NCBI GenBank assembly: GCA_031283585.1
Contig: JAITBP010000003.1
Coordinates: forward strand, 70,845-134,844
DNA length: 64,000 nt
Source: Puniceicoccales bacterium
GTDB lineage: Bacteria > Verrucomicrobiota > Verrucomicrobiia > Opitutales > LL51
Direction of reading: 5' to 3'
Shown one piece after another: positions 43,209-52,138 of the stretch. The first letter of the stretch is position 1, and the number at the start of each line of letters is the position of its first letter. A program made the position numbers and the translations under genes. The notes under the pieces were generated by a model, which did no database searches, had not been told where the DNA came from, and worked only from the letters and a program-made list of their open reading frames with translations.

Positions 43209-44245
43209 GTACGTATACCGAGTATTATTGAGCTCAATCCACTACCTATGCCAAGCAATGCATAATTTGAGTCATTTTTTATCAATCCGGTTGATCTGGC
43301 TATGGCTAATGTGATCGGTAGTGCTACTGAACCAGTATTACCTAGGTAGGTATAGGTGGAAAAATCCTTATGAATATCTAATCCCAGTGTTTCATAAAGC
43401 CTTACCATATGTCTTCTACTTACTTGATGACATAGAGATTTGTCAATTATTTTATCATTCCAGCCGGATGATTTACAGAATTTTTCCCAGTTCGATGATG
43501 CCAATGATATGCCGGCGTTCAGTAATTTTTCGGATTCGGTTTGCATGGTTAGTGAATTATTCGCAACATCACCTTCACATAGGTTGCAGGCACTGGAATC
43601 TGACAGGACATTTGCGTATTTTACCCTTGGGCTGGAAGTGGAAAGTGAACTGTGGCATAGCAGTGCAGCAACGGCTCCGGAGCCCAACGTCAGGTTCGCA
43701 AAATATGGTTTGATTTCATTTCTATCAAAACGAGATGAATTAAGTATGGATATGGTGTTATCTAGCACTGGCTTACCATCTTCTCCAGAAACTATCAGCG
43801 CGCAGCCTATCCGGCCGGATTCTATCATTCCTCCGGCGATGAGTATGGCGTTTAAAAACCCTAAACAGGCATTTGATAGATCGAAAAATTGCGCAGACTT
43901 GCTGAGGCCCAGTATGTTGTGTACATAGGCAGCCGTCGATGGTTCAATCCGATCTCTACACACCGAAGAATGTATCAGCAGCTCTATGTCATTCTTCTTG
44001 AACTGTGATGTGCCGGAAGAGAATAATTTGTCTGCCGCTTCTGCGCTGGCTTCGGATGGTTTTTTATAATCTTTCCAGAAGCGCCGTTCCTTTATTCCTG
44101 TCATCAACTCCAGCCGCCCTTTTGGCAATCTCAATCGCTCATAGGTGCTATGTAACAGGCCTTCTATTGAATCTGAAGATACACACTCCGGTGGTAAAAC
44201 ATAGTCCATGGCCTCGATCGAAACATTTTCGAAGGAAAAAAACAT
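43205..44245 (-). CDS. KAS III (FabH)-like 3-oxoacyl-ACP synthase family paralog
   Basis: The thiolase-fold Cys-His-Asn triad context is retained (SNACLGFLNA, CHQVSRRH, LGNTGSVALP). It is distinct from the canonical fabH at 60588-61574 and overlaps the mpl start by 4 nt. Confidence 0.75.
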   Translation of the reverse strand: MFFSFENVSIEAMDYVLPPECVSSDSIEGLLHSTYERLRLPKGRLELMTGIKERRFWKDYKKPSEASAEAADKLFSSGTSQFKKNDIELLIHSSVCRDRIEPSTAAYVHNILGLSKSAQFFDLSNACLGFLNAILIAGGMIESGRIGCALIVSGEDGKPVLDNTISILNSSRFDRNEIKPYFANLTLGSGAVAALLCHSSLSTSSPRVKYANVLSDSSACNLCEGDVANNSLTMQTESEKLLNAGISLASSNWEKFCKSSGWNDKIIDKSLCHQVSRRHMVRLYETLGLDIHKDFSTYTYLGNTGSVALPITLAIARSTGLIKNDSNYALLGIGSGLSSIILGIRT

Positions 44246-44293
44246 CAGATCCTATGCTAACGTGGTAACGGTGGAAAACAACATAAAACTATG

Positions 44294-44689
44294 CTAATCA
44301 AGGCATATATACTTAGCGTCTATGATCCTGTTGTTGTCTTTTTTCCGTATTTTACCACCTATTACCACTTTTTTATCAATGAACTTTGATATATCGCTCT
44401 GGAGTACCGCTTTGGAAGTTTCCACATAGGCAACCCTAGTACCATTGGAACCAACAAGTTCGTATTTAGCTTCGGGACTAAATAGTCCAAAAAACCCAAA
44501 CAGAAATTTTTTTGGTTTTTTTAGTGTGCCAGCATATTGATAATCCTTCCATAGCTCTATTTGTTCATGATCTGCAGTGGCATAGCCAAATGTATCGGTG
44601 GTTTTTGCTATGGAATCCATCGGCATACCTAGAGATATCAAAGATACAAGCAATACAACTTTCAACATGAAACAGATCTTTATTAACAT
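44294..44689 (-). CDS. Small secreted hypothetical protein
   Basis: It is 131 aa with an N-terminal signal-like segment (VVLLVSLISLGMP). No motif is recognised. It lies 27 nt downstream of the HtrA-like gene. Confidence 0.4.
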   Translation of the reverse strand: MLIKICFMLKVVLLVSLISLGMPMDSIAKTTDTFGYATADHEQIELWKDYQYAGTLKKPKKFLFGFFGLFSPEAKYELVGSNGTRVAYVETSKAVLQSDISKFIDKKVVIGGKIRKKDNNRIIDAKYICLD

Positions 44690-44716
44690 GTGAGATTTTC
44701 AAGAATTTTTTTCTTG

Positions 44717-45820
44717 TTAATTAAAATGGCTTTGGTCATCTAATTTAACTGGCAGTTGTAGCATATTTCCTTTGCGAATTATGTCTATGTTAACAATATC
44801 TCCTGGTCTCAGCAGGAATAATGAATTAGCTATATCTCCAATATTAACAATTTTATTACCATTTATTGCAGAAATTACATCATCGATCAATATGCCTGCC
44901 TTTTCTGCAGGTGAATCCTGTTGAATCCTGGAGACAAGAATTTGGACACCATTTTCCTGGGTATATTGCTGATGGACAAAAAACCCTGCAGTACAATGGG
45001 TTACGCCACCTGTCTTAATTATGTCGCTGCATACCCGATCCAATGTCCAGGCCGGCATGAGAAAACTTGAACGCATGTCAGGCAGGGAAGCTATCATTAT
45101 TCCGGCCAATGTGCCATCTATAGAAAATACCGGTGAGCCGGTTTCTCCACCATCTATCGGTAGGTTGGTTCTGGTCAATTTAACCGGGAAAGATGTACTT
45201 CCATAGCTGGAGTTTTCGCCAACGATTATGCCAAAATTTGGCGATGGATCCAGTCCAAGTTTACATTCCACCGAGACTAAAAATTCACCACAGCATACAT
45301 TGCCTTTGGGTTTTCCATCGGTGATGTCTATTATATCAAAATGATCAGGTTTTTTTAAAAGTCTCACTATGGCTATGTTTGTTATGCGATCAGACCCGAC
45401 GAGTTCAGCGGCATATGACAACCCATTGAATTCTACCCATATGTTCGTTGCATCATCGACGATGATTGCGCTGGTAACAACCCGGGCCATGTCATCGATA
45501 AAAAAACCAGACCCAAACAAAATTTTGTTACTGAGTTCTGGATTTTTGCCAGCCGGACTTTTGGTTGAATCTGGTTGTTTGTCATCCTTGGTCTCGGACT
45601 TCGCGCTCGATGTTTCGTTGTTACTAATGCGAATTCCTATGATTCGCACGACCGCGTCCTTTTTTTTATAGAAAACATCGCTAACAAAAGAAAACGGCAT
45701 CGGGTTGATTGGATTGCCAATGGCTGTTCCACAGCTCTTGGCCGTTGAATCAGATGTATCGCCATTACAATTAGATAGGCAAATAACAATCGATATGACT
45801 ATACAAAACACATAACGCAT
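44717..45820 (-). CDS. HtrA/DegS-like trypsin-fold + PDZ protein with all three catalytic residues substituted (predicted pseudoprotease)
   Basis: I aligned it to E. coli DegS from memory. GSGFFIDDMARVVTSAIIV aligns with GSGVIMDQRGYIITNKHVI (His->Ile119). LVGSDRITNIAIVRL aligns with LVGSDSLTDLAVLKI (Asp->Asn148). IDGGETGSPV aligns with INHGNSGGAL (Ser->Thr227). The PDZ segment VSRIQQDSPAEKAGILIDDVISAINGNKI is intact. Confidence 0.7.
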   Translation of the reverse strand: MRYVFCIVISIVICLSNCNGDTSDSTAKSCGTAIGNPINPMPFSFVSDVFYKKKDAVVRIIGIRISNNETSSAKSETKDDKQPDSTKSPAGKNPELSNKILFGSGFFIDDMARVVTSAIIVDDATNIWVEFNGLSYAAELVGSDRITNIAIVRLLKKPDHFDIIDITDGKPKGNVCCGEFLVSVECKLGLDPSPNFGIIVGENSSYGSTSFPVKLTRTNLPIDGGETGSPVFSIDGTLAGIMIASLPDMRSSFLMPAWTLDRVCSDIIKTGGVTHCTAGFFVHQQYTQENGVQILVSRIQQDSPAEKAGILIDDVISAINGNKIVNIGDIANSLFLLRPGDIVNIDIIRKGNMLQLPVKLDDQSHFN

Positions 45821-45850
45821 AACAACATTCGTAACAAATCTATAGATAGG

Positions 45851-46321
45851 TTAAAACGAGTTATTACGTTTTGTCCAATAGGAAGAATCCATATCCATAG
45901 AATTGCTGACATAACATATTGCATTTTGACTGTTAGACGTATATGATATCGTATCATGGCAACCACTGATGCATGACAGTTCATTTCTAACAAAGTCCTT
46001 TGCACCTAGCACCGAAGTGCTATTAAAGCTAGGTCTATTATCGTGATTTTGAAAATTGAATGCCACCAGTATGACTAGCAAACACATTATGTAGGAAATA
46101 AAAGGAACCATCCGTTTGCTAACTATGAAAAATAAACACACATTATCGATGCAGGTACTGCCATCAGGTGTTGGTTCTAACAATTTGCTATGTAACCGAT
46201 TATCAAAATCTGCCCAAAAATCTTTAGATGGCCTTTCAGCCTTCTTGATTTGTAGCAAAATCGACACCTTTTCATCGAGTTTTTTACGATGTCTATCATC
46301 GGACGAAAAAAACAATCTCAT
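45851..46321 (-). CDS. Putative single-pass anti-sigma factor
   Basis: Its start overlaps the ECF sigma stop by 4 nt. It has one central TM (VPFISYIMCLLVILVAF) between short cytoplasmic and periplasmic segments. The call rests on position and topology only, as there is no zinc-binding anti-sigma motif. Confidence 0.45.
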   Translation of the reverse strand: MRLFFSSDDRHRKKLDEKVSILLQIKKAERPSKDFWADFDNRLHSKLLEPTPDGSTCIDNVCLFFIVSKRMVPFISYIMCLLVILVAFNFQNHDNRPSFNSTSVLGAKDFVRNELSCISGCHDTISYTSNSQNAICYVSNSMDMDSSYWTKRNNSF

Positions 46322-46950
46322 TTGATAAAATCCTCTAAATATGCTTGTAACTCTATCTTTGCATAATGCAACCTTGATCTAACGGTCCCAGGAGAACAAC
46401 CCATTATTTCAGCTATCTCGCTATGGGATAGCCCTTCGATTTCAAATAACACAACCACTAGTCTATGATTATCGGATAGTTTTTGGAGAGATTTATTCAG
46501 TATTTTTTGTAGTTCTAAAAGATATTCATTTCTCTCTCCTTGGTTTTCCACTGTAATTTTTTCAATTACTTCTGGTGGAAGGGTAGACTCATCAAGTTGC
46601 TCTAGAGCTAAAAATCTATTTGACCTATGTTTCCTGAGATAGGACATGGCCTGGTTTATAGCAATCTTGTATAACCAGGTAAAAAATGCAGAATCGCCTT
46701 TAAATTTATGCATGGAACGAAATGCCTTTATAAAAATATCCTGCATTAAATCTAAAACATCGGCAGTGTTGGACACAAGATTATATACCACCGAATATAT
46801 CCTTTCTCGGTATTTTTTGACCAGCACTTCAAAGGCTGCCACATCACCACTTTTAGCCAAGGCAACGATCTCCTTTTCGTTTTCACTCGGACCCACAGCC
46901 TCGCTAATTCCATTCAGTGAATTATGACTTACTGTTTCAATACTATCCAC
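46318..46950 (-). CDS. ECF-type RNA polymerase sigma factor (sigma-70 family group 4)
   Basis: Region 2 is DLMQDIFIKAFRSMHKFKGDSAFFTWLYKIAINQAMSYLR. Region 4 is the HTH LSHSEIAEIMGCSPGTVRSRLHYAK. It uses a GTG start. Confidence 0.9.
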   Translation of the reverse strand: MDSIETVSHNSLNGISEAVGPSENEKEIVALAKSGDVAAFEVLVKKYRERIYSVVYNLVSNTADVLDLMQDIFIKAFRSMHKFKGDSAFFTWLYKIAINQAMSYLRKHRSNRFLALEQLDESTLPPEVIEKITVENQGERNEYLLELQKILNKSLQKLSDNHRLVVVLFEIEGLSHSEIAEIMGCSPGTVRSRLHYAKIELQAYLEDFIK

Positions 46951-47068
46951 ACAACTAATTCGTTAATAACTATCTTAAAATATTATCAAATAGCAATATA
47001 AAAATTATTTTTTGTGCCAAAATCTAATCATCGAGATTATCATAAATTTATAAAAATTCATGATTTTT

Positions 47069-47095
47069 TTGACTTGTTATCCAAGATGTTATATG
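47069..47095 (+). promoter_or_regulatory. Candidate extended -10 promoter upstream of mutL
   Basis: TTGACT lies at 47069-47074, followed by a 15-nt spacer ending in TGT, then TATATG at 47090-47095. The match is by eye only. Confidence 0.3.
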
Positions 47096-47164
47096 AAATA
47101 TGGCGGTGGCCGATTGGTCGACGTAATTGTAAGATGATTGATGATTGGAAGCTGTGTTTTTAAT

Positions 47165-48928
47165 ATGCCAAAAATAAAAATATTACCGGAATTTGTTTCT
47201 AATCAGATTGCTGCTGGTGAAGTTGTCGAAAGACCGGCCACAGTTATCAAAGAATTGGTAGAAAATAGCCTGGATGCATGTGCAACTAAAATTATCGTCA
47301 GATTCTCAGCTGGTGGTAAAAATTTAATATCCGTCGAAGATAATGGGGTTGGCATGGCCAGAGCTGATGCAGAATTGGCCATTGTCAGGCATGCCACGAG
47401 CAAAATAGCCTCGGTGGAAGATATACAATCGGTCAATACATTTGGGTTTAGAGGCGAAGCCATACCGTCAATTGCCAGTGTCTCAAGGTTTTTGTTGCGG
47501 ACCAATGAGATTGGCCAGGATATTGGTACAGAGATCCTGATCCACTGTGGAAAGGTTCAGCATATTCGGGACTGTGGATTGGCCCAGGGCACCTATATTG
47601 AAGTGAGTGGATTATTGCATAATTTACCAGCCCGCAGACAGTTCCTAAAATCCGATGAAACCGAAAGCATACATATAGTAAGAGTGATGAGGGCATTTGC
47701 TCTAGCCGAGCGTGCTGTAAAGTTTGAGCTATACAAGGATGGTAAATTACTGTTTTGTTCACCAGAAATGGACTCGTGGAGTGGCAGAATCTCTAAGCTA
47801 TATGGAGATTTTTATAGCGATTGTCTATTTGATTTTAGAGATAATAGGGATGGTATGACAATCGAAGGAGCATTACTAATTCCATCATGTACGAATGTTA
47901 ATAGAAATGAAATTGTCTGTTTCGTAAATAAAAGACAGGTTCTAAGCTCAATTATAAATAGAGCAATTAGAGATGCCTATATGGGTTTTTTACCAAATTG
48001 GCAGGGATTGGTGGCGTTCATTTGGTTAGATTTTCCAAAAAATACCCTGGATGTAAATGTCCATCCACAGAAGAGGGAGGTAAGGTTTAAAAATGAATAT
48101 ATGATAAAAACTTTTGTAGAGAAAACCATATATGGGGCAATCGACTCGTTTTTATCTTCAAAGTCTGTTGTCAATGAGGCCAAGTTTTATGGTAACAATT
48201 TTACCAATTATACACCGGGTGAAATAAAAGAAACCAGCATAAAATTTAACTGGAACAGGGATAGAAACGGTTTACAATTGCCTTTTAGACAGCCTAATAT
48301 CAAAGGAATTATTGAGTCAAATGAAGAGCAGAAGATTTCAAATATAGATTCAGAATTGTCGTTTGTCGGTACGGTTTTTGGCCAATTTGCAATATTTGAG
48401 TCGATCAATGGCCTATGGGCTATGAATATAAAGGCAGCATCAAGGCGCGTTTTTTTCGAGCAATTTCTCCATGAGCAGATTAACAATGAACCTCAGTGTC
48501 TTTTATTACCGAGGGTTATCCAGATACCAACAATTGAGTGTGAAATCTTGGACAAAGCTATGGATTTGTTTCTGCAATATGGCATTGGGATTGAACGATT
48601 TGGTAAGGATTTATGCAGGATCGATGCCGTACCTCAATGGCTGGACGAAACACTGGTAGAAAAATTGCTCCTGGATGTCATTTCTGGTGTTGTCAGTGAA
48701 AAAAGTCTGCCGTTGTCACTGAACAGTAAATGGTTTGCAAAGTTAGCCTGCCCCTGCATCAATATCAAAATTTATGACGGAGTAGAAAAACTGATGGAGT
48801 TAGCTAAGTTATTGCTATCCAGTGACAACTATATCATCGATCCCGATGGAAATATAACACTTATTGAAATTAGTTTAAACGAGTTAAGAAATAAATTTGG
48901 ATTACATGATCCCATAATAAGCTTGTAG
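47165..48928 (+). CDS. mutL: DNA mismatch repair protein MutL
   Basis: It has the GHKL ATPase N-terminus IKILPEFVSNQIAAGEVVERPATVIKELVENSLDA, DNGVGM and GFRGEA. The track start 47138 adds 9 aa. Confidence 0.9.
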   Translation: MPKIKILPEFVSNQIAAGEVVERPATVIKELVENSLDACATKIIVRFSAGGKNLISVEDNGVGMARADAELAIVRHATSKIASVEDIQSVNTFGFRGEAIPSIASVSRFLLRTNEIGQDIGTEILIHCGKVQHIRDCGLAQGTYIEVSGLLHNLPARRQFLKSDETESIHIVRVMRAFALAERAVKFELYKDGKLLFCSPEMDSWSGRISKLYGDFYSDCLFDFRDNRDGMTIEGALLIPSCTNVNRNEIVCFVNKRQVLSSIINRAIRDAYMGFLPNWQGLVAFIWLDFPKNTLDVNVHPQKREVRFKNEYMIKTFVEKTIYGAIDSFLSSKSVVNEAKFYGNNFTNYTPGEIKETSIKFNWNRDRNGLQLPFRQPNIKGIIESNEEQKISNIDSELSFVGTVFGQFAIFESINGLWAMNIKAASRRVFFEQFLHEQINNEPQCLLLPRVIQIPTIECEILDKAMDLFLQYGIGIERFGKDLCRIDAVPQWLDETLVEKLLLDVISGVVSEKSLPLSLNSKWFAKLACPCINIKIYDGVEKLMELAKLLLSSDNYIIDPDGNITLIEISLNELRNKFGLHDPIISL

Positions 48929-48968
48929 ATTAGTTTATTAAAGTTAGGTTATGGTTATCCGGTAACTT

Positions 48969-51287
48969 ATGTGGTTTACCAGAAAGTCAAAGACTAGAAT
49001 TTACCAAGAACTAGAAGATTATTGTTCATTTAATAAACGAACAGGTGGTGTCTTTCCATTTATAAAGACTTCTGTTATCTTGGTTATACTGGTATTAACT
49101 GTGATCATAACCATGATATGTTTTTCCTTCAGGGATATGTTTGTCATCCAGTTTGTCCTAGGTCAAAAGGCTAAAGCAACGGTGATTGCCGAGGTTCCAT
49201 TCGAATATGTAAACGATACAAAAACAACCATCGAGAAAGAAAAAAAGCGGAATCAACTGGCTCCTATTTATAGATTGAGTCTTGCTAACTACGATAAGTT
49301 TGAGAAACAAATTTTTGACCTGGATGATGAACTTGACGTATTTGTTAGAGAAGAAAAAACTGGCAATGCCTATTTGTTCGAATTAAGAGAATTTGTAAGA
49401 AATTTTAATGAAAAAAATCATTTGATGTTGAGCTGGAACGACATAGACATATTGATTAAATCCATTGATGACGGTGGTCGTACTAGCATACTTCTCGAAG
49501 CTCTATCCATTGTTCGTGAGATCCTATGTGATGGTGTCTATAGTGACCGTGATTTACTAAACAAAGATGAATCCTACCTGATAAACATTGAGATAAGTGG
49601 ACAGATGAAAAAAGCTCATATACGGTCCACCGAAGAAGCGCTAAGATACCTGAGAATACAGCTGGAATCCATGGATGTTCCATTTGAATTAAAACAGGCG
49701 CTGCTAAGGATAGTGAAAATTGGTATAGCTCCGAACCTTTCCTATGATGAAACCGCGACCAATGCAAAGATTTTTAAAGTCATGCAGGAGGTTAAGCCTG
49801 TAATCGATACTGTAAATGTGGGAGACGTCATTGTTGAAGCAGGTACAGTTGTGAAAAGTGATGTTCGTGAACGATTGATGGCCTATCGTAAGGTTTGCAA
49901 TGCTGAAAATACGATGTGGTTTGGTATAAATTCAGCGGTTATGACAAAATTGTTCATGATATTTTGTATACTGATTATCGGATTCTTATGTCTCAAGATG
50001 TCGCCGACCAAGTCCGTAGATTTATCTAAAAATTTTTCATTAATAGTGACGATTTTAGTCGTTAATTTGATAATAATTAGGGGAATATTTCAGATAGGGG
50101 AGATAAGGTTTTTCATGAATTCGGATATTTTTGTCCGATTGCTACCCTATGTTAGTCCATTTTATTTGAATACCATATTAGGCACATTGCTTGTTCGAAC
50201 CTATGTGGGTGTGGTATTAGGTGGCTTGACTTCGGTCCTTTTTTCGATGATGCTTGCTGAGAACTTAGAATTTTTATTGATGTGTATATTGACTGTATTT
50301 ACTTCGGCTTATTACTGCCGCAGGGCATCGTTAAGGTCGCAGGTTATGTATACAGGAATTTGTGCTCCTACGGTTTTTTCGTTTATTCCAATTTTTCATT
50401 TTCTGCTAAAAGACCTTGAGTCATTTTTTTGCATAAGACAAGTATTTTGTTCCTTTGTAACTGGTATTACAACGAGCATATTTGTGCTGGGTGTTTTGCC
50501 ATTGTTCGAAAAATGGTTTGGCTGTTGTACTAACATAAGGCTAGTAGAATTAAACGACCATAGTAATTCATTGATGCAAAAATTGCAGATGTTAGCACCA
50601 GGAACCTATCATCATAGTTTGATTGTTGCAAATATAGCCGAACAGGCTGCCATGGCAATGAATGCAAATGCATTTTTATGCAGGACATTTGCCATGTATC
50701 ACGACATAGGAAAGGTGATAAAACCTGGGTATTTTACCGAAAACCAGAGAGCAGACTATAACCCTCATGATGAAAAAACCCCATTTATCAGTGCCATAAT
50801 AATAAAAACCCACGTAAGGGATGGTATTGTAATGGCAGAACAGGCTGATATCCCACCTAGGGTTATAGATGGCATAAGAGAACACCATGGCACGTCTATA
50901 ATAAGATATTTTTATAATAAGGCGTTACAGCAGAATGACTGTAAATCTAATTCAGGATCGGCCAATGAATCTAGAACGACCTTTTCTGCAGAAACCATAG
51001 ATGAAGCAGTTTTTAGGTATGATGGTCCGAAACCCAGGTCTAAAGAAACTGCCATACTCATGGTGGCAGATTCGCTGGAGGCTGCCAGTCGATCTATGAA
51101 AGTCGTGAATCCCCAGTCGATAAAAGATCTGGTAGATAATATTATTGAAGAGAAAGTGAATAGCAATCAATTGGATGATTGCTCGATGACTTTAAAAGAG
51201 ATAAATGAACTTAGAAAAGCCCTTTATTCAATTATGATAAATATGTTACATTCACGCATTGCCTATGACAATGTTTCAAAAAAGTAG
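48969..51287 (+). CDS. 7TM-receptor-type HD-domain phosphohydrolase (PgpH/YqfF-like; possible cyclic-di-AMP phosphodiesterase)
   Basis: It has a large extracytoplasmic N-domain, about 7 TM segments, and a C-terminal HD domain (HHSLIVANIAE...YHDIGK...REHHG). Confidence 0.8.
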   Translation: MWFTRKSKTRIYQELEDYCSFNKRTGGVFPFIKTSVILVILVLTVIITMICFSFRDMFVIQFVLGQKAKATVIAEVPFEYVNDTKTTIEKEKKRNQLAPIYRLSLANYDKFEKQIFDLDDELDVFVREEKTGNAYLFELREFVRNFNEKNHLMLSWNDIDILIKSIDDGGRTSILLEALSIVREILCDGVYSDRDLLNKDESYLINIEISGQMKKAHIRSTEEALRYLRIQLESMDVPFELKQALLRIVKIGIAPNLSYDETATNAKIFKVMQEVKPVIDTVNVGDVIVEAGTVVKSDVRERLMAYRKVCNAENTMWFGINSAVMTKLFMIFCILIIGFLCLKMSPTKSVDLSKNFSLIVTILVVNLIIIRGIFQIGEIRFFMNSDIFVRLLPYVSPFYLNTILGTLLVRTYVGVVLGGLTSVLFSMMLAENLEFLLMCILTVFTSAYYCRRASLRSQVMYTGICAPTVFSFIPIFHFLLKDLESFFCIRQVFCSFVTGITTSIFVLGVLPLFEKWFGCCTNIRLVELNDHSNSLMQKLQMLAPGTYHHSLIVANIAEQAAMAMNANAFLCRTFAMYHDIGKVIKPGYFTENQRADYNPHDEKTPFISAIIIKTHVRDGIVMAEQADIPPRVIDGIREHHGTSIIRYFYNKALQQNDCKSNSGSANESRTTFSAETIDEAVFRYDGPKPRSKETAILMVADSLEAASRSMKVVNPQSIKDLVDNIIEEKVNSNQLDDCSMTLKEINELRKALYSIMINMLHSRIAYDNVSKK

Positions 51288-52137
51288 TAATATCAAGTTA
51301 GATTCGGATTTTTTGCCATATGATTTCAACGATTCAAATGTGGTTGCTCTACTGGCGGGTAATGGTATTTATCCGATTTTATGTGCCAAGCGCATGATTA
51401 GATCCGGCGTCAATGTTAAACTTATAGCCATTGAAGATGAGGCTGACGAACAATTGTCTAGTGAGTTTGATGAATCGAATAGATTTGTGGTAAATGTTGG
51501 CAATTTAGGTAGATTACTCAAGATATTGAAGACCATAAAAGCCGACTATGTTATAATGGCTGGTCAAATTCGACCAAAGAAACTATTTCACGGACTTAGA
51601 CCAGATTGGCGAGCATTGCTTTTGATGAAAAAATTAAAGATCAGAAATGCCGAAACTATCTTTAGCTCTATTTGCGAACTTATTGGGAAACGTGGAATTA
51701 AGGTATTAGATGCCCGCTCATTTATGGATGAAGATATCGTAAGCGTCGGATCATTAACTAATTGTAAATTTGATCTGGCCGAGGAAATTCTAAATCATGG
51801 AATCAAAGTGGCAAAAGAGATAGCCAAACTAGACATAGGCCAGGGTGTTGTGGTGAGCAGTGGTACGGTACTGTGTGTCGAAGAGTTTGATGGAACGGAC
51901 AGTATGCTGCGGAGAGCTGGTAAATTTAATACCAAAAATGCCCTGTTTGTGAAGGCATCAAAACCAGGTCATGATTTCAGATTTGATGTGCCGGTTTTTG
52001 GTATGCGTACACTGGACGCAATGATAGAATCCGGCATAAGATACGCTGCACTGGAATCCGATTGCACCATTGTCCTTGATAGGGAAAATGTACTGAACCG
52101 GGCCAACGAACTGGGCATCAAAATATTCGGATATTGA
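51259..52137 (+). CDS. lpxI: UDP-2,3-diacylglucosamine diphosphatase LpxI (DUF1009 family)
   Basis: VALLAGNGIYPILCA, VIMAGQIRPKKLF, LDIGQGVVV and DGTDSMLRRAG follow the LpxI pattern. The track ORF overlaps the preceding gene by 29 nt. Confidence 0.75.
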   Translation: MPMTMFQKSSNIKLDSDFLPYDFNDSNVVALLAGNGIYPILCAKRMIRSGVNVKLIAIEDEADEQLSSEFDESNRFVVNVGNLGRLLKILKTIKADYVIMAGQIRPKKLFHGLRPDWRALLLMKKLKIRNAETIFSSICELIGKRGIKVLDARSFMDEDIVSVGSLTNCKFDLAEEILNHGIKVAKEIAKLDIGQGVVVSSGTVLCVEEFDGTDSMLRRAGKFNTKNALFVKASKPGHDFRFDVPVFGMRTLDAMIESGIRYAALESDCTIVLDRENVLNRANELGIKIFGY

Positions 52138-52138
52138 T

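Noticed and set aside
43440-43928. Long antisense ORFs inside well-supported genes (for example 43440-43928, 38842-39327, 6742-7194, 10756-11208, 34177-34614, 5326-5754)
   Set aside because: Each lies opposite a gene with strong family motifs and translates to low-complexity or stop-poor mirror-frame sequence. No independent start or RBS context or motif supports them.
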